Positions 17,004 to 26,400 of a DNA stretch of 32,000 bases are shown here, piece by piece. The translations under genes and the position numbers were made by a program. The notes under the pieces are model-generated. The model did not search any database. It was not told the DNA's origin and saw nothing but the letters and a program-made list of their open reading frames with translations. How positions within the stretch are numbered: position 1 is the stretch's first letter; the number at the start of each line of letters is the position of its first letter. The stretch is from contig JBGQBI010000006.1 in NCBI GenBank assembly GCA_041494705.1, forward strand, positions 1 to 32,000, written 5' to 3'. This DNA comes from Candidatus Methanoperedens sp. (GTDB lineage: Archaea > Halobacteriota > Methanosarcinia > Methanosarcinales > Methanoperedenaceae).

Positions 17004-17837
17004 TTAAAGTTTCATTATATAAGCTAAAGCATAATAAGGCGGACGATTTTCATGAGCCTCGCCCCCGCCATTCAAAGCTGTCTTAAAGTGATGGGCATGC
17101 TGGCCTACAGAGTCTGACCACGCATGACCCCTCCACATCTCATTGTTCGGATCGCCACCGCATCCACCGCCGTACCCCATTTTTACTGTCGTATCACCGG
17201 GATAAGACCGTTTTCGCCATGCCAGACCATAGGCATCCTGACCTTCAGTCTGATGCGCGTGCTGGCCGTTTATCTGGGTATCACCTTCATGGTCATGCGC
17301 AGGGATTTGCTTTACATTTAGCGTTACAGTATCCATACCGCCGGTCTCGCCTGGTTTATATTTGTCTCCTGCCCCTGCAATAAACCGGTTCCTTAAATCA
17401 GGTGTGCCTTTATTGCCATCACAAAGCGCCCACCCATTAGGTATAGCGTTTATTGCTCCCGACCACATGACGATCATTCCTTTCAGGATAATGCCATCGC
17501 CCATAAACGATGTTGCTTTTACCGTACCCGAGACCTCCAGCTTCTCTGCCGGCTCTGGCGTCCCGATACCCACGTTGCCGTTCGTATGAATTCTCATACG
17601 TTCTTCAAGAGGACCGCCTTTAAGTCCGGTGGTGCTGATTGCCAGGACTCCCTGGAAATCACTTCCCGCCCCCATCATCATGATCCGGGCAAGAGGTTTT
17701 TCGGAATCTCTTCTTGTAACGCTCAATTCAGTTGTAGGACTTTTTTCGGTGTCCAAAAAAACATTCGCTGCGATTACATCCGATTCAACTGTTTCCGATA
17801 GATTTCTCTCTTTCTTCACTCTTTTCGTATCCGTCAT
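17004..17837 (-). CDS. Tail-fibre protein with a phage Tail Collar domain
   Basis: One fibre module, ERMRIHTNGNVGIGTPEPAEKLEVSGTVKATSFMGDG, is followed by MIVMWSGAINAIPNGWALCDGNKGTPDLRNRFIAGAG…TLNVKQIPAHDH…HENRPPYYALAYIMKL, the classic Tail Collar/MdpB pattern. Confidence 0.8.
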   Translation of the reverse strand: MTDTKRVKKERNLSETVESDVIAANVFLDTEKSPTTELSVTRRDSEKPLARIMMMGAGSDFQGVLAISTTGLKGGPLEERMRIHTNGNVGIGTPEPAEKLEVSGTVKATSFMGDGIILKGMIVMWSGAINAIPNGWALCDGNKGTPDLRNRFIAGAGDKYKPGETGGMDTVTLNVKQIPAHDHEGDTQINGQHAHQTEGQDAYGLAWRKRSYPGDTTVKMGYGGGCGGDPNNEMWRGHAWSDSVGQHAHHFKTALNGGGEAHENRPPYYALAYIMKL

Positions 17838-17851
17838 ATTTCTTTTCCTCT

Positions 17852-20818
17852 TTATTGAGCGGGTAACTTTTGCTCCTCCACATCCAGTATTCCAACATCA
17901 GCTCTCACTGCTTTGACTTCCCAATAGAATTTTTGAGACGGGTTCTTGCGGTCAATCATTTTCACATCGAATTTGCCGTCATCGACTTCCGAGGCTGCAA
18001 GCATAGAAACCTGGGAATTACCTTCAAATTTGGGTGTAATTAAGACAGTCCTATTTTCCTTCCTCGTCAATGCTTCAAAATAATCAGGGAGCTGGATAGT
18101 CGTCCTGCCCTCGGAAAGTTCCGCTTCCCCGCGATAGAAAACCGCGTTCTCAGGTCCTTCAAGCGTGGTATGGATAAGATATTTATTTTCCGGATCCAGC
18201 GGATGGTGTGTAATAAAGTTTTTTGTGCCGAACACTTTAAGGGTTTGTTCCACTGTAATATTGCCGGACACTTTAAGGTTTTGTCCCCCTTTATCCGGAC
18301 CAATTCTTACATCTCCGGAACTCGAGCCCAGCACCAGGTCATTCTTCACGCCTGTTGATGAAGGATCAGCATATAATCCCATAAATCCCCATGCAGTGCC
18401 AACCCTCATTCTTCCTCTACCCCCCTGGGCAAGGGTTTCATTGCCCTGGACATGCATGTTATTTTCTATCCAGGCATCTGTAGCATAGACATTTGCTCCA
18501 GGTCCGCCAATCGAAAGCCTTACTGAAGGACTTGCCGTCCCTATGCCGACATTGCCTCCATTAGGATTAATAGAAGTATTCGTACTACCAACACTGTTTA
18601 TTAAAAATGCCCCGCCTCTCTTCCACCACAGGTTCGCTTTCTGGGTGTTAGCCTCATAAAACTGGATTATCGCCCCTCCCGCTACCGGCGCTCCTCCGAT
18701 TGTCCCTATTGTACCTATGGAACCTATTGCTGATGCTGCCGCTGCTGAAATAGCCGGCTGCCCTGCTAATGTCGCAGCGGACATAACTGGCGTCGTTGTC
18801 CCTGCCGTACTCAGTGGTGTGACCCTTATCGGTGGTTGTATTGGTTGTATTATTGGTGGTTGTATTGGTTGAACTATTGGCGGTTGAACTACTGTTAAGA
18901 CTTCATTCGTAGCATTTATTTTAATGAAATCATCCGGTGCCAGATCGGATGCCCTGAAAATGCTCTCCCCGCTCTTGACTTCAAGATTCGCCCCGGGATT
19001 TTTAGTTCCTATGCCGACATAGCCTTTATCATAATAAATCCCTTTGGTATTGATAAACCACTGGCCAATCGGAAGATTGGTTATCAATGAGCCGTCGCCG
19101 ATAAACGCAGCAGCTTTGATTCTGCCGTTAACCTCCAGCTTCTCAGAAGGCGTCGCAGTCCCGATGCCTACGCCACTGGCTGCCAGTACGAGCGCATCCT
19201 GGAATGAATTGTTGTTTATAGTGAAAGGGGTGAAAGTAGCTCCCGTGATCTTAACGAATTTGAGAGAATTATCATCCCTGGAAGCAATTCTCCATTCCTG
19301 CTGCCCGTTATTCACGGCGACTGAAGGACCCCAACTTCCGGGTTTTCCGAGAATCTCAAGCCCCGCATTACCGGTTGGGCTTCCTGCATTTATTAATACA
19401 TCACCGTCGACCTGGAGCTTCCGCGCAGCAGCCGACGTTCCGATGCAGACCCGCCCTGAACCGTCTATCGTCATCCTGGCGACTGAAGCTGTCCCGAAAC
19501 TCAGCGGATGTGCGGTATTCGTTCCGATTATCATTCCTGCAGGCGCGCCCCACCAGCCGGAATCGTGCGCCAGAACCCGCGCATCTATGCCAGCCGTTCC
19601 GGCCGTTCTGACAGACAGTTTTACACTCTTCGGACCCAGAATATCAAGAACCTTGCCCCACGATTCGGCATTCTCGGCATCTGCCGCCCCTGTCCCGATA
19701 CCCACGTTGCCTGAGTTATCAACGTTCAGGGCAGGATCTACAACACCGTCGGCGCTTACAATTTTACTGTGCCTGTGGAGTGTATTGGCAACCGAGTTGT
19801 TGGTTAAAGCCGCCCAACTGTCACCATAAGCAACATCTGTTAAATTACCTTCAAGACCGATTTTCCATTTATCTGCGGTTTCATCCCAGATTATCTGGGC
19901 GTTTTTCGCAGTACCTCCGCGGAAAACCTCAAGACCCCCATTAATGACCTTCGGGGTAGGCTGTGACGGATATTTATTCACTATGACGACATTATCTTCA
20001 ACTTCCAGCGTTTTGGTCTCGATAGTTGTCGTATCACCTTTGACATCAAGATTCCCATAAATAGTACAGTTACCATCAACGACAAGGTTCTTATCTCCAG
20101 GGTCGGAAGTCCCGCCAATATGCAGACCTCCTGTAATGCCTTCCTTTATAGAGAGGGCTCCGCTAAACCTGGTTAATTGCGAAGTGACAAGAATTCCGTT
20201 TTTACCATCAATTTTCTTTCCTTCAATCAAAGGCTCGTAGGTTTCTTTTTCAATTGACAACGTCAATTTGCCGTAGGCTCCCGCATAGGTACGCAATGGC
20301 GTAGTGCCATCTTTATCAAAATAACTGACGTTGATGATGTCGCCGGTAATTTGAACCAGGGCGAGTATTATTTTCCCTTCGCTTTCTTTAATATTTAACC
20401 TGTTTGTATCCCTGTCGATTACGGCTTTCTCGACCCAGTGGATCTCATCAGTGCCGCCCCTGTCCTGTACTACATCTGCCGCTTCCTTTTTATGATAAAT
20501 ATAAATGTACACGCCTGCCTGCAATTCGGTAATGCTTAGAGGCACAGTAGCTGGGTCTGAAAGGACAATCTCCTGGCTTATGTCTTCATTCTCATTACCT
20601 TCATCCAGTAAGCCTCCAATTGTATTGATAGCCATTCCAGGCTCGATTACGACTTTACCGGATTCAACTTTAACATCCAGACCCCAAACAATCCCCTGTG
20701 TGTGGAGATGCCTGTTATGAAGGCGCCGCATTCGGATATGATAATTCTGTTCCAGGTTAAACTCTTCCTGCTTGAGGAAGAGACCATCAAAATACCGCAT
20801 TCTCTTAACTTCTACCAT
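17852..20818 (-). CDS. Large tail-fibre-like protein (988 aa)
   Basis: The N-terminal adaptor reads RYFDGLFLKQEEFNLEQNYHIRMRRLHNRHLHTQGIVWGL. Five copies of the G-N/V-VGIGT…(K)L(E/Q)V.G fibre motif follow, then a proline-rich tandem repeat and a C-terminal globular region (KNFITHHPLDPENKYLIHTTLEGPENAVFYRGEA…). The SD AAGGAGG is present. Confidence 0.7.
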   Translation of the reverse strand: MVEVKRMRYFDGLFLKQEEFNLEQNYHIRMRRLHNRHLHTQGIVWGLDVKVESGKVVIEPGMAINTIGGLLDEGNENEDISQEIVLSDPATVPLSITELQAGVYIYIYHKKEAADVVQDRGGTDEIHWVEKAVIDRDTNRLNIKESEGKIILALVQITGDIINVSYFDKDGTTPLRTYAGAYGKLTLSIEKETYEPLIEGKKIDGKNGILVTSQLTRFSGALSIKEGITGGLHIGGTSDPGDKNLVVDGNCTIYGNLDVKGDTTTIETKTLEVEDNVVIVNKYPSQPTPKVINGGLEVFRGGTAKNAQIIWDETADKWKIGLEGNLTDVAYGDSWAALTNNSVANTLHRHSKIVSADGVVDPALNVDNSGNVGIGTGAADAENAESWGKVLDILGPKSVKLSVRTAGTAGIDARVLAHDSGWWGAPAGMIIGTNTAHPLSFGTASVARMTIDGSGRVCIGTSAAARKLQVDGDVLINAGSPTGNAGLEILGKPGSWGPSVAVNNGQQEWRIASRDDNSLKFVKITGATFTPFTINNNSFQDALVLAASGVGIGTATPSEKLEVNGRIKAAAFIGDGSLITNLPIGQWFINTKGIYYDKGYVGIGTKNPGANLEVKSGESIFRASDLAPDDFIKINATNEVLTVVQPPIVQPIQPPIIQPIQPPIRVTPLSTAGTTTPVMSAATLAGQPAISAAAASAIGSIGTIGTIGGAPVAGGAIIQFYEANTQKANLWWKRGGAFLINSVGSTNTSINPNGGNVGIGTASPSVRLSIGGPGANVYATDAWIENNMHVQGNETLAQGGRGRMRVGTAWGFMGLYADPSSTGVKNDLVLGSSSGDVRIGPDKGGQNLKVSGNITVEQTLKVFGTKNFITHHPLDPENKYLIHTTLEGPENAVFYRGEAELSEGRTTIQLPDYFEALTRKENRTVLITPKFEGNSQVSMLAASEVDDGKFDVKMIDRKNPSQKFYWEVKAVRADVGILDVEEQKLPAQ
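18831..18894 (-). repeat. In-frame 12/24-bp tandem repeat encoding (Q-P-P/I-I)n
   Basis: On the plus strand, ggtggttgtattggttgtattatt and ggtggttgtattggttgaactatt are followed by ggcggttgaactactg. On the minus strand this translates to VVQPPIVQPIQPPIIQPIQPPI. Confidence 0.85.
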
Positions 20819-20874
20819 TTATTTTTTCCTCCTTGATTTTATCAACATAAGATACAATTTTTTTTAATCAACTC

Positions 20875-21894
20875 TCAGTCGTTATTTTTCCCCATGATCA
20901 GGCCGCCAAGCAGTGTATCCACTCCCACTGTGGAATGGTAGGATATCTGCATGGTCGGGGCCTGGATTATAAGCACGTAGTAAGTATGGGCAGGCTTTTC
21001 CTGGTCGATTAGATCTATGATAGCTTTCTTCTTTTTCTCAAGCATAACCCGGTCAAGCATGGGCAATTCCATGAAAACCTGGAAATAATAGGGGCGCCCT
21101 TCTCCCACCACCGTATTCATTCCAACGGTCGAAGTGACTCCCACCCTGAACGGATCTAAAAATTCAAATATGGATATTTTGACATCCTCGCCAACATATA
21201 TTTTAATATATTCTTTAAGCCCGTCCAGTGTTCCGCGTTTCTGGTACAATGGTATGATTTTAGCTATCAGGTCGCGTTTCTTTCTGGCGTTATCTGCGTT
21301 CCAGTCTTTCTCTTCCTTAAGGATTAATGCCATCCATCCTGCAAGCCATGACAGGAATTCCAGCGGGGTTTTATCAGGATCAAAGTAATCCTGGATACAA
21401 TCCAGTATTTCTTCTATACCTTTCTTTTTCCCGATATCGTCGGGAAACGCCTCTTCCAGGACACTCAAATTCAGAAGGACAAGGTCATTGCCTGCCGGAT
21501 TTTTTTTGATGAGTTCTTTTGTCGGACCGGTTAATATTACCTTCCTGAAACATTTTTCATCATATACCGGTTTGAGGAGCAGATTGTTAAATTCCACGGA
21601 CAAAGCATTTATGAGAGCTTCAGACGGAGGACTCAAACCGTCATACCCATCCAGCAGCGATACAGTTTCCTGTGAAAATAAATTTCTTAAGTACAGGGAT
21701 AGCGGATCATTAACATCCCGAAGCCTGGACGCCAGACTTGCAGGGTTCTTGATATCCACCTGCGGCAGCGAGTAGGCTGAAAGGATATTTTCGAACGCCT
21801 TCAGGAATCTTCCCAGGAAATCATCCTTTTCTTCAGGCTGGTAAATCCCTGGCAGGTACCGGAGATACTTACTTTGATTTTCTTTATTATTCAT
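20875..21894 (-). CDS. Phage tail protein, P2 gpI-like (TIGR02242-type, Afp12-like)
   Basis: The N-terminus YLRYLPGIYQ…DDFLGRFLKAFENIL and the central YFDPDKTPLEFLSWLAGWMALILKEEKDW…KRDLIAKIIPLYQKRGTLDGLKEYIKIYVG match the family pattern. A ~120-aa insertion lies between the two blocks. Confidence 0.72.
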   Translation of the reverse strand: MNNKENQSKYLRYLPGIYQPEEKDDFLGRFLKAFENILSAYSLPQVDIKNPASLASRLRDVNDPLSLYLRNLFSQETVSLLDGYDGLSPPSEALINALSVEFNNLLLKPVYDEKCFRKVILTGPTKELIKKNPAGNDLVLLNLSVLEEAFPDDIGKKKGIEEILDCIQDYFDPDKTPLEFLSWLAGWMALILKEEKDWNADNARKKRDLIAKIIPLYQKRGTLDGLKEYIKIYVGEDVKISIFEFLDPFRVGVTSTVGMNTVVGEGRPYYFQVFMELPMLDRVMLEKKKKAIIDLIDQEKPAHTYYVLIIQAPTMQISYHSTVGVDTLLGGLIMGKNND

Positions 21895-23425
21895 AAGGCG
21901 CCTTTTCCACTGTTAATTCGGGCAATGCGATTAATTGATGTTTTTCTATCTCCGCAGAGGCCGCCTCTGCATCACCGTTTATCCATATCTCTGCAATGTG
22001 GTCGATATCGGCTATCTCTTCCAGAATATGATAGAGTTCGGACCTGTAGACATTCCTTCCAAGCGGCCATCCCGTCCCATCAGGACCGCCGGTGACGGGG
22101 TGAAAGTACTCATTTATCCTGTTTGCAGCCTCTTGTATGGCCTGCGCTTCGTTTTTATTTTTCTTAAGAGCTATCCATACTTTGAGGAATATATTCTTGT
22201 AAAAAGGGGAAACCGCATGCACTCTCGTTGTGATCAATTTTTTTGCTTCCAGATACCCCCTTACCTCTTCTTTTAACAAACGCGACGGCTTCGGTTTGTC
22301 TTTTGAACCTGAATATATATTCGGTTTATTGCTCTCCATTTTGACATTGAATTTATCGGCCATGACATCATCAATTGTCAAAACAGCTCTTGTTTTTTCT
22401 TTGTTCAGCCTGAGCCAGAGGGAATGATTTTCAATGGATAGATTTATGTTATTTTCATCGGTTTTTTTAATTTGTGCATCTTTCACCCAGTTTGCATCAT
22501 AATTCTTTCTTATGTAACTTTTAAATATGTCGCTGCCGGTTGTCGGGATTTCATCAAAGCAAAACAGATACTCTTCACAGTAGCTGGAATTTTCTATCCA
22601 GGCGGGGATTGTAATTACAGATACATGGCCTGGCTTATTTATGTCAACAGTACTGTATTCCAGATCCCTGTTATTCATGCAAACAGCTCTTCCTTCCAGA
22701 CCACTTTGTAATTTCTTCATACAGTCAAGAGCTTTACTTTCAAAATCCATGGATGTAACAGCCCTGTACCCCGACTCCATATAACCCACAGAGGCTTCCT
22801 TGATTTCGATTACACTTTTCTTTTTTCCATCCTCAATATCCCGAAGCAAATCCAGGAGTTTCCTGTATTCAATATCCAGGTCCGGAACATTGTAGATGTT
22901 CAGGTCGCTATTCTTCTTTTCAACATGCAGGTAGCGGGTCTGGCATCCATTTATCTTTAGATTTGCTTTATCATCTTTCTCGCCAAGGATTAACTCCACC
23001 CGGTTTTTACCTTTTTCCTCGACCGCGATGAGGGTTTTATCGTCAATTTTTTCGATAATTTTTGTTTTGGTTGCCCAATCCATATCAAAATCGCTCTTGA
23101 GAAAGGCCCGGAATGTTGCGAAATCATTATCTTCAATCGTATTCCATGTAAATAAGAACGGGCCGCTCAGCAATCTCTCAAGTTCATCTCTTTGCGGGAC
23201 ACCTGCTATCAGCTTTAAAAAGTTAATATAGGATGCATCGGGAACCTGATTTGTCCTGTAAATCACCATTTCGCCAAGCCATGAGAAGAGTTCAAGGAGT
23301 GTTATTCCTGGATCAGAAGGGTTGTAGTTTGTCCAATCCTTGTTGTAGCGTGGAATAAGAGCCCTGGCCTCTTTCATCAGGTCTTCAAAGCTTCTGTCAT
23401 CCAGATTGGGTATGGGTATGGACAT
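21887..23425 (-). CDS. Baseplate J-like assembly protein (second paralogue, 512 aa)
   Basis: The N-terminus reads LDDRSFEDLMKEARALIPRYNKDWTNYNPSDPGITLLELFSWLGEMVIYRTNQVPD, the centre GYRAVTSMDFESKAL…PGHVSVITIP and the C-terminus YFHPVTGGPDGTGWPLGRNVYRSELYHILEEI. These are baseplate J/gp6-like hallmarks. The gene overlaps the next one by 8 nt. Confidence 0.72.
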   Translation of the reverse strand: MSIPIPNLDDRSFEDLMKEARALIPRYNKDWTNYNPSDPGITLLELFSWLGEMVIYRTNQVPDASYINFLKLIAGVPQRDELERLLSGPFLFTWNTIEDNDFATFRAFLKSDFDMDWATKTKIIEKIDDKTLIAVEEKGKNRVELILGEKDDKANLKINGCQTRYLHVEKKNSDLNIYNVPDLDIEYRKLLDLLRDIEDGKKKSVIEIKEASVGYMESGYRAVTSMDFESKALDCMKKLQSGLEGRAVCMNNRDLEYSTVDINKPGHVSVITIPAWIENSSYCEEYLFCFDEIPTTGSDIFKSYIRKNYDANWVKDAQIKKTDENNINLSIENHSLWLRLNKEKTRAVLTIDDVMADKFNVKMESNKPNIYSGSKDKPKPSRLLKEEVRGYLEAKKLITTRVHAVSPFYKNIFLKVWIALKKNKNEAQAIQEAANRINEYFHPVTGGPDGTGWPLGRNVYRSELYHILEEIADIDHIAEIWINGDAEAASAEIEKHQLIALPELTVEKAPYE

Positions 23426-23436
23426 TTTTCACTCCT

Positions 23437-26400
23437 TTAGCGTGTTGACATTTCGGGCCCGAAACACCATCCGCAATAATCGTATCCATCGATCTTATCG
23501 AGGGTTCTGGTAAATATCATATGGTCTTTCTGTATCTGGTCCAGGTTGCAATTCGGTTGAACTCTATTCAGGTCATGGATTTCTTTTGTATTGGTATTCA
23601 TGAGATACCGGTATGCCAGTTCTTCTTTTGGTTTTGTGTTTATTGCATGCTCACCTGAATAAACAAGGTAGTTCTTCTCAATGAATATTTTTTCAGAATT
23701 ACTCACTTTTTTTATCACTCTGGTCACTCGTTTTGAAGGGTCATCTCTAAGGCTAAGGACAAAACTATCGCCGGCATTAAGGATTGATATCTTGAGAGGA
23801 TTAAGACTTATATCGCCTTCCGGAACCTCATTGAGAGTGAAAGATTTAATCCGTTCATCGGAGGTCTTAACTATGCTGCCCGCAGGATATACAGTATCAA
23901 TCTGTGACTGCTCGCATTCAAGGATATCACCCAACATCCCATGGGACACCGACCTTATTACGAGGCTTGCACTCTTATCCTGATGGCTCAGGATGATACT
24001 GTCCCCTTCCTTAAAACCCACAACAGTGAGCGTATCTATCTCTTCTTCCGGAAGCTTTTCAGCCAGGGAAAATGAGAGTTTTCCATCACTTCTTTCTATC
24101 CTGCTGTTCTCAGGGTAAGAATCGGAGAGAATTAAACTCTCCGTTAAAGTCAATTTATAGACCTGGACTGAAGCATTAAGGGTCAGCCCATCAACATAGT
24201 CAACGCCGTCTGTACTTTCGATGACATCATAAACCTGTGATATGTATACATTTCTGCCAAAGTCCCATCCCTCTTTTTCAGGGCCTCCAGTAAGCGGGTG
24301 AAAAAACCGCTTAAGATTTTCGATGATTCTTCCCTCGATGATTTTTGCATCGGCGACCGATGTGAAATGTACCTTCGCCTCAACACCCACCTTAATATAG
24401 CCCGGCCCGATAAGGGTAATCTGGGAAGGGTAGGTTGTGAGGTATGTTGAGGTTCTATTGAAAATATAGTCCTGGATTTCATTAATCAATCCCTGGCTCG
24501 GGACAGGTTTGGGATTCTCGCGTTCATCCGGGACAATGATCAAAGTAATCCAGCCCGGTCTGAAATTCCTGCCCGGGTCGGTAGTTGGCAGACATTTAAC
24601 CTTGGCGGCTTTTGGGGAAGCCTCCCTTACCAGCCATTCAAAGTCCTCATAGGTGACAGCCCTGTCACGATGCTTGATAGTTTGCGGTCCCCGTTCCCTG
24701 AGCCAGTCAAGATTCTTCTGGTCTCCGCCGCCGTCAGAATCCTCATGATTGGTTACTGATTCAACATAAGGAAAAGCCGTCCTGAGCTTTGTTATGGATT
24801 GGACGCCCACATTATTCCCATTCACTCCCCCGCCGTACTGGTAACTGCACCGGATATTTTCCTTTTCTGCAGGAGGAATCATACCCATTTCGCCGTCCCC
24901 AAAAGTTATCGTCCCTTTATTGCGGTCAATAATATAGTGCCGGCTCTGGGGACCGGAAGAGTAAAGATAGTTCCTTTCATGCCACCGCACCCAGTACCCG
25001 ATAACGTTGCCATCATCATCCTCTATCTCTTCTATCGCATCCTTTCCTTCCTCAAAGCGGATAGTCGATTTCATCTCATCGGTAAGTGAGATCTCCAGCA
25101 CCATGACTTTTTGTCCCGGCAAAACAGGGAAATGGGAAAAATTGAAAACCTGACCGGTTTTCCCATTGCTTGAACCCAGAACCTCGCTGTCAACTGTAAT
25201 GCGATTATATGCCCAGACTGTGTTCGTGTAGATGCCTTTCAATCGGGGCAGGTTATCATACTTGCCTTTATCCAGCCTCGCCCGTATCCAGTAATATTCT
25301 GTTTCGAACCCAAAGCAGTACCTCTTTTCCATGTCATCCGGCGCAAGGAATTGTATCATCTCCATTTTGGTCAGGTTCCTTGTTCCGTCTTCAACGCTCA
25401 GAAGGGACCAGGTCTTACCTGTCCAGTACTCCCACGCCACTACCGGAGCCGGAGGGTTGTCAGATGCGATGACAACAGTAAACATATTTTCAAGAAGCGG
25501 GAAGAATATGGTCACCGGAAGCGTGGAAATATCCTGGTCAAATGCCAGGTAAACTGCCTGCTGGGTATCGGCTACAGGCTGGAAGGGGGTGATGTTTTTA
25601 TTGCCACCTTTGGACGCTTCGGTTTCATCGCGATAAATGAAATCGTTATATGTAAGAATGGTCTCCAAATCCTTTTTGGATAGATTAAATGAATATTCAA
25701 GCGCCAGGTTGCTTACGGACGGCGGTTTATAAGTAAGCTGCCTGTACAGCCATCCGGTCTTTTTGATAGTAAAATCCGTTGCTGAACCCAGGTCGGGGTC
25801 AAAGGCAGAATCAATGGTGAGTGAGGTATCGATGGAAATGCCGGTGACGATTCTGGTCTGGTTTGCGGCTATGATTGAATCGCCTATACCGAGCTCGGTT
25901 TTGAACTTCGTCTCCGTCCCTATAACAATATTATCCCTGCTCTTGATTTTCCCCGTACCTTTGCCTGCATCTATTGATATCTTGTCATAACTTGCATCCT
26001 TGCCGTAATTCCCGTCAATGATGCGCACGCGAACCCAGTTATTCTTTTCACCATTGATTTCTTTCTCTTCTATTTTAGGGCATGTGAATTTAACAGTCGC
26101 TTCTTTATCTTTAAATGTAAAGGCATTGGTGGTATCGGTGAACTTATAATCACCTTTTTCTGCCGGAACACCCTTTTGGGTTGTTTCGTATATAGTCTTC
26201 CAGTTCTTTCCATCCCAGAATTCCCAGACGAGGGTTATAGCTTCCGTATTTGGTGATTCCACACCCTTCGAAAAGTTGAATTTTAATGTTAAGATTGCGT
26301 CCTTCTTGGAAAAGACCTCCTTTGAGCCTATATAAAAAGTATCATTGAATTTTGGTCTTTCTCCGAAAGGATAGAAATCCTTTGTCAAATCTATCTGGAA

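Noticed and set aside
17530-19190. Nucleotide similarity between the two fibre genes (about 17535-17600 versus 19120-19185), considered as a possible DGR template/variable repeat pair.
   Set aside because: The similarity is moderate and coincides with the conserved GNVGIGT…KLEV.G protein motif. The differences are not adenine-specific, and there is no reverse transcriptase gene or non-coding template repeat in the window.
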